Below, one piece after another: positions 56,726 through 64,000 of a stretch of 64,000 nucleotides of DNA. Source of the DNA: an uncultured archaeon (GTDB lineage: Archaea; Thermoplasmatota; Penumbrarchaeia; JASLWR01); NCBI GenBank assembly GCA_964342815.1, contig CAYFHS010000003.1:1-64000 (forward strand). Reading direction: 5' to 3'. Made by a program: the position numbers and the translations under genes. The notes below the pieces were generated by a model. It was not told the DNA's origin. It saw only the letters and a list, made by a program, of their open reading frames with translations, and ran no database searches. The first letter of the stretch is position 1. The number at the start of each line of letters is the position of its first letter.

Positions 56726-58087
56726 ATGAATATAATCATATCCGGCGCCGGCGAGGTGGGCTACAGCATAGCGGAAACACTTTCCAGAGTGGGGCATGAA
56801 ATAACTGTGATCGAGCCGGACTGTACCGTGGTGGACAACTGCGGTGGACTTGATTCCAGACTTATCTGCGGTAACGGGGCCAAAGCCGAGATAATCGAGA
56901 GCGCTGGTGCCAGGGAGGCCGATTTCTATTTCGGTCTCAGCGCCGATGATGAGGCTAACATGCTGGGTTGCGTAATAGCAAAGTCCATGGGATGCACCAC
57001 GCTCGCAAGAATCAACAGTTTGAAATATATCTCAGATCCCGTCTCGAAAAAGTTTGCTCCCATAGGAATCGACATTGCCATCTCGCCAAAACTGGTCGTG
57101 GCCGATAAGATAGCTAAGATCATCGTGATTCCGGCCCTTGTCAACCGAACATCAATGGCAAAGGGCAAGATGATGCTGGTGGAGGCGAAGGTTCATCCGG
57201 GCTCCCCAATCTGCCATAATGCCATACTGAACACAAAACTTCCAAAGGGTTTGATGATAGGGGCAATATTCCGCGGAGCCCATGTAATAATTCCTGACGG
57301 CAAGACGATAATCAGAAAGGACGACCACCTGGTGATGGTCATAGACTCGCCGGACAAGATGAAAAATATCGAGCGGTTGATGGGGGAAGTTCATGGAAAG
57401 AAGAGAAAACGCATTGAAAGGGTTATGATCGTGGGTGCCAATGACATGGCGATCCACCTCGCCAAACTATTGGAGGAGAAGGACGTTCGGGTAACCCTTA
57501 TTGAGAAACGAAAGGACAAGTGTCTTAAGGCAGCCCAGAAATTGAGAAAAACGGTTGTCATAGAGGGAGAGCCTACCGACAAGAAACTGCTTCTCGAGGA
57601 GGGAATGGAGCAGATGGATGCTGTGGTTGCCATGACCCGCAGCGAGGAGTTCAACATACTCATCGCACTCCTTGCGAAGATTTACGAGATCCCCAAGGTT
57701 ATGTCGCTTCTGTACAGGACCTCGCTTAAACCAATGATGGAAACCGTGGGAATCGATTTTGCGGCGTCCGTCAAACATTTAACCATCGAGGCTGTGTTAA
57801 AAGAGATAGAGCAGCTGGATATACTGCGAACAGTTACTCTTCATGGGGGGGAGCTCATGGTTTTCGAGACAAAGGTGGCCAAACGTTCCCGGGCGGCGGG
57901 TAAAAAGATCAAGGACATCCGTCTTCCCCGCGGCGTGCTCATCGTCGGTATATTCCGCAAGGGTAAAACCCTGATTCCAGGAGGCGACGATCAGGTTTTG
58001 AAGGGAGATCGGGTAATAATATTCTGCTTCCAGGAAATGATGGAACAGATCAACCGGTTGTTCAGGGGAAAGGGATTGATCCTATGA
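56726..58087 (+). CDS. trkA: Trk system K+ uptake protein TrkA (two RCK_N/RCK_C pairs, 453 aa)
   Basis: MNIIISGAGEVG Rossmann motif, a second MIVGANDMA, and RCK_C motifs IFRGAHVIIPDG and IFRKGKTLIPGGD. Start at the ATG at 56726 behind GAGGGTG. Confidence 0.93.
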   Translation: MNIIISGAGEVGYSIAETLSRVGHEITVIEPDCTVVDNCGGLDSRLICGNGAKAEIIESAGAREADFYFGLSADDEANMLGCVIAKSMGCTTLARINSLKYISDPVSKKFAPIGIDIAISPKLVVADKIAKIIVIPALVNRTSMAKGKMMLVEAKVHPGSPICHNAILNTKLPKGLMIGAIFRGAHVIIPDGKTIIRKDDHLVMVIDSPDKMKNIERLMGEVHGKKRKRIERVMIVGANDMAIHLAKLLEEKDVRVTLIEKRKDKCLKAAQKLRKTVVIEGEPTDKKLLLEEGMEQMDAVVAMTRSEEFNILIALLAKIYEIPKVMSLLYRTSLKPMMETVGIDFAASVKHLTIEAVLKEIEQLDILRTVTLHGGELMVFETKVAKRSRAAGKKIKDIRLPRGVLIVGIFRKGKTLIPGGDDQVLKGDRVIIFCFQEMMEQINRLFRGKGLIL

Positions 58088-59592
58088 GATGGCGCGTGGT
58101 CATGGGGAACATCGGTACCGTGATAAAATTCTATTCTTTTGCAATGTTCATACCATTACTTGTATCCTTGCTATACTGGGAGGAACCACTGGTAAAGGGT
58201 TTCTATCCAATGAATGCGTTGATATTCCTGTTCCTTATTTTATTCTCCATCACCATCGGATTACTGCTTGAACGCGTGGGCATGCCTTCAGATTTTTCCG
58301 ATACCGAAGCATTAGCCATCGTTTCCCTGAGTTGGCTGGTAATTGCCCTCATAAGCACCCTCCCATTCATCCTCAGCGGTATGATACCCGGTTTCACTAA
58401 CGCCTTCTTTGAATCCATGTCGGGACTTACCACCACCGGTGCAACTATTCTCAAGATACCTTCAGGCACAAATTACCTTGATAATTTCGATCACAGCGTA
58501 ATGTTATGGAGAGCTTTGATCCAATGGCTGGGGGGCATGGGAGTCATCGTCCTTTCCGTGGCAATTCTCGCAAGATTCACACGGGGAGGTATTAAGCTTC
58601 TCCGTGCGGAATCTCCGGGGCCCACCCTAAGCAGATTGAAACCCAAGATAACCCACACTGCAAAGGTAATGTGGCTCGTATACTGCGGTTTTTCTCTCGC
58701 CGAGTTCATTATGCTCTACATATGCGGTATGAACGCATATGAAGCACTCTACCATACATTTACCACAATGGCCAGCGGGGGCTTCTCATCGAGAGTGGGT
58801 TCATTGGGAGAGTTTTCCGCCTTGACTCAATGGATAATAACCTTCTTCATGATCGTTGCCGGTGTCAATTTCGCCCTGTTGTACTATTCGTTCAGGGGTA
58901 AGGTCAGGGATATGCTGAAGGATGCGGAGTTCCGGCTGTATATAGGAGTTTTCCTTGTATCTGCCGCAGTCATTTCAATAAGCATTTACGATGCTCAGAA
59001 AGGTATCCCTAGCGCGGTTCGCCACTCTGCGTTCCAGACCGCTTCCATATTGAGCACCACCGGATACACCACCGTGGACTTTGATGCTTGGCCCGACTTT
59101 GCGCGCATGATACTTCTCGTTCTGATGTTCATTGGAGGTTCAGCCGGTTCTACCGGTGGGGGCATCAAGAACATTAGAATACTGATAATACTGAAGATAA
59201 TGTGGCGAAAATTCAGGAAATTAGGGCGGGAGAGAATGGTTCTACCCATCAAGGTGGCTGGTACGCTGGTTCCCGAAACTCTTCTTGATAACATAACTAC
59301 CTTTTTTTTACTTTACATCCTGCTGTTCGTTGCGGGGACCGGAGTCATAGTTGCCATGGGCCTGGACCTCGTGTCAGGTGCATCTGCCGTAGCTGCGTCC
59401 CTTGGAAATGTCGGGCCCGGTTTGGGAACTGTCGGACCTGTGAAAAACTATGCTTTCATATCCAGCGGAGGCAAGATATTACTGGCTGTATTGATGTGGG
59501 TGGGCCGCCTGGAAATTTTTACCGTCCTCGCTATATTCAATCCTGGGATATACAAAAGGGAGCCCACTTATAGTATGAGAAGACAAATATGA
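58084..59592 (+). CDS. trkH: Trk system K+ uptake membrane protein TrkH
   Basis: Pore-loop motifs FESMSGLTTTGAT, WLGGMG, TTMASGGFS, STTGY, FIGGSAGSTGGGIK, GNVGPG and MWVGRLE. ATGA overlap with trkA. Confidence 0.94.
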   Translation: MRWRVVMGNIGTVIKFYSFAMFIPLLVSLLYWEEPLVKGFYPMNALIFLFLILFSITIGLLLERVGMPSDFSDTEALAIVSLSWLVIALISTLPFILSGMIPGFTNAFFESMSGLTTTGATILKIPSGTNYLDNFDHSVMLWRALIQWLGGMGVIVLSVAILARFTRGGIKLLRAESPGPTLSRLKPKITHTAKVMWLVYCGFSLAEFIMLYICGMNAYEALYHTFTTMASGGFSSRVGSLGEFSALTQWIITFFMIVAGVNFALLYYSFRGKVRDMLKDAEFRLYIGVFLVSAAVISISIYDAQKGIPSAVRHSAFQTASILSTTGYTTVDFDAWPDFARMILLVLMFIGGSAGSTGGGIKNIRILIILKIMWRKFRKLGRERMVLPIKVAGTLVPETLLDNITTFFLLYILLFVAGTGVIVAMGLDLVSGASAVAASLGNVGPGLGTVGPVKNYAFISSGGKILLAVLMWVGRLEIFTVLAIFNPGIYKREPTYSMRRQI

Positions 59593-59737
59593 ACTGAGAA
59601 GGTTGGATAAACACCTGGATCGAAGCCGTTCACACTGCACTGGCCGCTCTGAAGAACTTTTATGCAATAATATTAAATATTTGGTATTCATCTCTATTAG
59701 TACCATTAATAATATAAATTCTATTAGGAAGGGATTC

Positions 59738-62700
59738 ATGTTGAAATTGTATTCGATCGCAGTATTAATCACATTGCTTTTTCCCGGTATGGCGTTATTT
59801 ATAGCAATGGGGATAGAAGCACCTAGCGTGTGGACCGAGAATGGTTTTTCCAGCGGTACCGGGCGTAATGTTTACATCAACCCTCACGACGAGATACGGC
59901 TGGCAACCGTGGAAAAGGAGATCGAAGACGATCTTATGGACTCGAACGATATAAAGATAATTCAAAATCTTTCACACGACACGCAGGAGGGTAAGATCGA
60001 CGTTATCAAGACAGAGACTTTTCACGGCGGAGCGAATTCCGAATACGGTAAAAAGATACGTCCCACTACCGATGGAGGATACATAATTGTGGGGTCCACC
60101 GAATCCGAGGGTTCCGGTAACAGCGATGTCTGGCTCATTAAAACAGATGAAAATGGCGATAGGCTGTGGTCGAAGACCTTCGGTGGAAGCCAGTACGATT
60201 ACGGGAAGGATGTCAGGCAGACGGCTGACGGAGGATATGTGATAACTGGCAATACCTACTCGTACGGGAACGGCGGCCATGATGTTTGGCTTATACGGAC
60301 CGATGGTAACGGTGATCTGCTCTGGGAAGAGACTTATGGCGGCGGTGGAAACGAATACGGGGAAGGAGTTTGCGAAACAACGGACGGCAGTATAATTATC
60401 ACGGGATGCGATTACCACGGCGGGGACGATCCTTGGAGTGAATTATATATCATTAAGACCAATGCCCAGGGTAGTGTGCTATGGAGCAGCACTTATGGAA
60501 ATTGGGGAGACTTCAGTTGGGGCCTTTCGGTTATAGAGACGAAAGACGGACAGTATGCGGTGGTGGGTTTTACTGAATCGTACGGTAATGGTCGTAAAGA
60601 CATTTGGCTGTTAAAGTTCAATCAGAATGGAAACTTTAGATGGCACGGAACATATGGTGGAAGCGGTTTCGAGAGAGGTTTTTCGCTTCAGGAGACCGCT
60701 GACGAAGGTTTGATATTGGTAGGATATACCTCCTCGTATGGAAATGGAGGGAACGATGTCTGGCTCGTAAAAACGGACAAGAACGGCCAGGAGATGTGGA
60801 ACCGGGAGTATGGCGGTGAGAAGGATGATGAGGGTTACAGCGTAAGGGTAACTGCCGATGGAGGTTACATCATATCGGGCGGCACCTGGTCATCCGGGGC
60901 GGGGAACAGAGACGTGTGGATCATCAGGACCGACAATAATGGAATGAAATTATGGGACCGGACCTATGGAGGGGGCAGCACCGATTACAGTGAATCCATT
61001 GGCACGGCAGCCGACGGCGGTTACATGATCCTGGCTACATCATACTCCTTCGGGGCTGGGAAATACGATATCTGGTTGATAAGAACTGATAGCGCGGGGA
61101 CCTGCCAGTTCACCCAGGGGCTTCTTGTATCCACCAATCTTCTCGGATCGAGTGCCGCGTTCCTGGATAAGTTCGAATATTCCTGTTCGATACCCAATGG
61201 AACTCAGCTGCTGGCCAGTTTTTCCCAAGATAATATCACTTGGTATGATAGCGATGGAATTATCCACGGGAAAGACGGACTTACGGATGGAGCGTGGTGG
61301 CTGAATTTATCCGGGTTGAAGTGGAATACTTCTTCATTCTACTACAGAATAGAATTCCGCTCACCGAATTCCGAAAGTCCTGTTCTTAATAGTGTACGTG
61401 TGTTATACGGAGAATTTTATCCTTCGGGAGATTACGAATCGGCATTCTTCGATAACGATGAATATCTCATATCCTGGAAATGGCTCACCTGGACCGAAAC
61501 CCGACCTCCGAGCACACGGCTTGCCTTTCAACTTCGCAGCTCTCCGACCTTGGACGGAATTTCGGCTGAATCGTTTCTGGGACCGGACGGTAGTTCATCT
61601 TCGTACTACACAAACTCAGGAATGGACATCTGGGAAGGACATCATTACCACCGATGGCTGCAGTACAAGGTCTATCTTGAAACCGAAGATTTATCCACAA
61701 GTCCAGTGGTTGCCGATATCATGATCTCCTATAACGTGCTACCCAGGGTGGAAGTTGCAACTCCTGAAGGCGTTCAGAACGGAAATATCGAGATCGATTA
61801 TCTCCTCTATGACGGGGACTCGGATGATATTGACATCATTGTACAGTATCGTATCGGATATTCTTCTTATCGGGAAGCCACCCTCGCAGCCGGGAGCGAA
61901 GGGACCGATGGTCTATTTTCCAAACCTGGAGGTGTGCAGCATTCGTTCATTTGGGACTCATCAAGCGACCTCGGGAAGGTTGATGAGGATAATGTCTTCA
62001 TAAAGATCACTCCATCGGACGAGGAAACCGGCACACCATCCACCACTGTGAGGTTCACCGTGGATAACAAAGCACCGGATTTCATCTCAATCTTCCCAAC
62101 GGATCACGTAAATTCGAGAAAGGTAAAGATTGTGGTGGAGACAGATGAGAATGCTTTGATGAGATGGAGCGAGGCAAATCAGAGCTATGAGCTTATGACA
62201 AACCAGTTCACGGAGGGAGAGGGCGAAACAAGGCATACCGTAACTGTAAATGCCCGGGAGGGGATAAACACTATTTATGTTAGTGCCACGGATTCCTTTG
62301 AAAATTCCCAGACCTACGGAACCCATATCGAATTTACAGTTGATACGAAAGCACCTGAGAACATAACAATATTGATCAACAACGGTAACAAGTATACGAA
62401 TTCAACATGGGTCACCATAACTATTATAGACACCAGAGCGGCCTTGGACGCATACGAGATAAGAATGAGCAATGACCAGGATTTTCCCGATGTCCCTTGG
62501 GATTCCTTCACAAGTACAGACACATCTGACGGTGTGTCAAACTGGACAAGTAGTGACTTGTCAAGCGAGCGCATGTGGAACCTCACTCCCGTAGACGGGC
62601 GCAAAGCGGTATATGTGGAACTGAAAGATGAAGGTGGAAACGTGGCATTATTCCAGGGAAGCATCATACTGGATACCACACCACCCATATTTCTGGTCAC

Positions 62701-63928
62701 AGGTCCCGATACCGAGCAGGACTCATTGATGGTGAATATAACCGTTACCACCAACGAGGAAGCCTTTCTCCGCTGGTCGTCAGTGGATGTCGGTTATTAT
62801 TCTATGACGAATCTATTCGAAAAGGGAGAAGGGACTGCCATCCATTCCACATTGGTCAATGCATCCAACGGAAACAACACTTTGTTCATTTCCGCCTTGG
62901 ATCTTAACGGAAACGCAATGTCGTCGGGGATAGCTCTCAACTTCAGGGTAAACGCCAAGAACGGAGGTGATGGTTCGGGGAAAGGCGATGGAGAAAACCA
63001 GAGTGAGGGGAGTGGAATCAACTGGAAATGCTGGATAATCGTTCTGATAATCCTAAATCTGATACTGTTCATTATTTTGGTCATTAACAGAAGGCGAAAA
63101 AAACTTGCGGAAAAAAAGGATGCCGAGGAACCCCGACGGGTTCGGAAAGAGGCGCTGCTGGCATCGCTTCATGCGGGAGGAACTCCTGCAATTTCGGGAG
63201 GCGATTCCACCGATTTCAGCTACAATGTTCAGGCACCTCCGTCGTATACGGTTGGAAAAACGTACCTTCCACCAGTACAACAGGGTATCCTGCCTCGAGT
63301 CGCTTCCTCATCGGCACCGCAGCCCCCGTCTGCAGCGGAGGTAGAAGCGAGATATGCAGCGCAAGCAGGCCCGAGCGTTTCCGGTGCTACTGCAATCGTA
63401 CCTATCGATAAACCAGCGGTGATCGCAGCAAGTGCTCCTGCCAAGCAGGTCACCGCCCCCCCAAGCCCGCAACCAATGATCGCAGCAAAAACCCCCGAGG
63501 TTCCAAAAGAACTGGAAGACGTGTGGAATTTCGCGAAAACACCCCCCCCGGACACCAAAAAGGTCACGCCCTGGGCAGGGGTGTCAGCCGGGCGGCCCGG
63601 AGAAAGTCCATACGATAAAAGTACCCTAAATGAGAGTGGAAAACGGAAGGAAGCTACCCCGGACCTGAGCTCGCTGCTTTCGGAGCTTAGAAAGGATATC
63701 CCCACCCGCAAATCCCCGGTGGAAAGCCCAAGCCCCGCTGCATCCCCACCAAAAGTCAAAGCAAAGGTCGGAAGATATGCAGACAAGATATCTCACAGTA
63801 TAGATTTCATTCTGGACAAGTACGAAGAGAAGGAAGAAGAAACGGAGGAGAAAAGTAACAAGAAACCGCTGGCGAGCATCCCTATAAGGAGGATAGCCAT
63901 CACAAGGAGGAGAAATACGAAATTTTGA
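59738..63928 (+). CDS. Surface protein: 7-bladed beta-propeller, Ig-like domains, TM helix, Pro-rich cytoplasmic tail (~1396 aa)
   Basis: Signal peptide MLKLYSIAVLITLLF. Seven repeats of TxDGGYxIxGxTxSxGxGxxDVWLIKTDxNGxxxWxxT[F/Y]GG. DTxxP Ig repeats. TM CWIIVLIILNLILFIILVI followed by RRRKK. The ORF track start at 59603 is probably too far upstream. Confidence 0.8.
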   Translation: MLKLYSIAVLITLLFPGMALFIAMGIEAPSVWTENGFSSGTGRNVYINPHDEIRLATVEKEIEDDLMDSNDIKIIQNLSHDTQEGKIDVIKTETFHGGANSEYGKKIRPTTDGGYIIVGSTESEGSGNSDVWLIKTDENGDRLWSKTFGGSQYDYGKDVRQTADGGYVITGNTYSYGNGGHDVWLIRTDGNGDLLWEETYGGGGNEYGEGVCETTDGSIIITGCDYHGGDDPWSELYIIKTNAQGSVLWSSTYGNWGDFSWGLSVIETKDGQYAVVGFTESYGNGRKDIWLLKFNQNGNFRWHGTYGGSGFERGFSLQETADEGLILVGYTSSYGNGGNDVWLVKTDKNGQEMWNREYGGEKDDEGYSVRVTADGGYIISGGTWSSGAGNRDVWIIRTDNNGMKLWDRTYGGGSTDYSESIGTAADGGYMILATSYSFGAGKYDIWLIRTDSAGTCQFTQGLLVSTNLLGSSAAFLDKFEYSCSIPNGTQLLASFSQDNITWYDSDGIIHGKDGLTDGAWWLNLSGLKWNTSSFYYRIEFRSPNSESPVLNSVRVLYGEFYPSGDYESAFFDNDEYLISWKWLTWTETRPPSTRLAFQLRSSPTLDGISAESFLGPDGSSSSYYTNSGMDIWEGHHYHRWLQYKVYLETEDLSTSPVVADIMISYNVLPRVEVATPEGVQNGNIEIDYLLYDGDSDDIDIIVQYRIGYSSYREATLAAGSEGTDGLFSKPGGVQHSFIWDSSSDLGKVDEDNVFIKITPSDEETGTPSTTVRFTVDNKAPDFISIFPTDHVNSRKVKIVVETDENALMRWSEANQSYELMTNQFTEGEGETRHTVTVNAREGINTIYVSATDSFENSQTYGTHIEFTVDTKAPENITILINNGNKYTNSTWVTITIIDTRAALDAYEIRMSNDQDFPDVPWDSFTSTDTSDGVSNWTSSDLSSERMWNLTPVDGRKAVYVELKDEGGNVALFQGSIILDTTPPIFLVTGPDTEQDSLMVNITVTTNEEAFLRWSSVDVGYYSMTNLFEKGEGTAIHSTLVNASNGNNTLFISALDLNGNAMSSGIALNFRVNAKNGGDGSGKGDGENQSEGSGINWKCWIIVLIILNLILFIILVINRRRKKLAEKKDAEEPRRVRKEALLASLHAGGTPAISGGDSTDFSYNVQAPPSYTVGKTYLPPVQQGILPRVASSSAPQPPSAAEVEARYAAQAGPSVSGATAIVPIDKPAVIAASAPAKQVTAPPSPQPMIAAKTPEVPKELEDVWNFAKTPPPDTKKVTPWAGVSAGRPGESPYDKSTLNESGKRKEATPDLSSLLSELRKDIPTRKSPVESPSPAASPPKVKAKVGRYADKISHSIDFILDKYEEKEEETEEKSNKKPLASIPIRRIAITRRRNTKF

Positions 63929-64000
63929 TAATATCAGCACGCTCATAGAACTGGTTCCTCAAAGGAAACCCTGGAGCATCTAGTACGGATTTATTAATCC

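Overview
Archaeal chromosomal window, most likely from a Thermoplasmatota lineage. That placement is inferred from the single PCNA ending YLLAPR, the two-domain alpha2-type EndA and the many helical-repeat and Zn-ribbon proteins. Housekeeping genes are ppsA, smc, pcn, a beta-carbonic anhydrase, endA and trkA/trkH. There is also a PIN-type toxin-antitoxin pair with a perfect palindromic operator, two pilin-like genes, and a run of large secreted Ig-fold proteins. One of these is 3132 aa long, ends in a cytoplasmic C4HC3 finger and carries an AT-rich in-frame cassette. Three things stand out. (1) A 21.8-kb gene encodes a ~7274-aa cytoplasmic helical protein built from ~66-aa units arranged in 5-unit (331-aa) super-repeats. 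(2) A non-CRISPR tandem array of 65-bp double-hairpin units (22871-23132) shows compensatory base changes and has a second copy at the window edge (1-55). (3) An intergenic candidate structured ncRNA (28995-29169) sits behind a TATA box and carries the same internal-loop motif twice. I saw no cas, integrase, transposase, RT, phage, rRNA or tRNA genes. All of this was read by eye; no database search or folding program was run.
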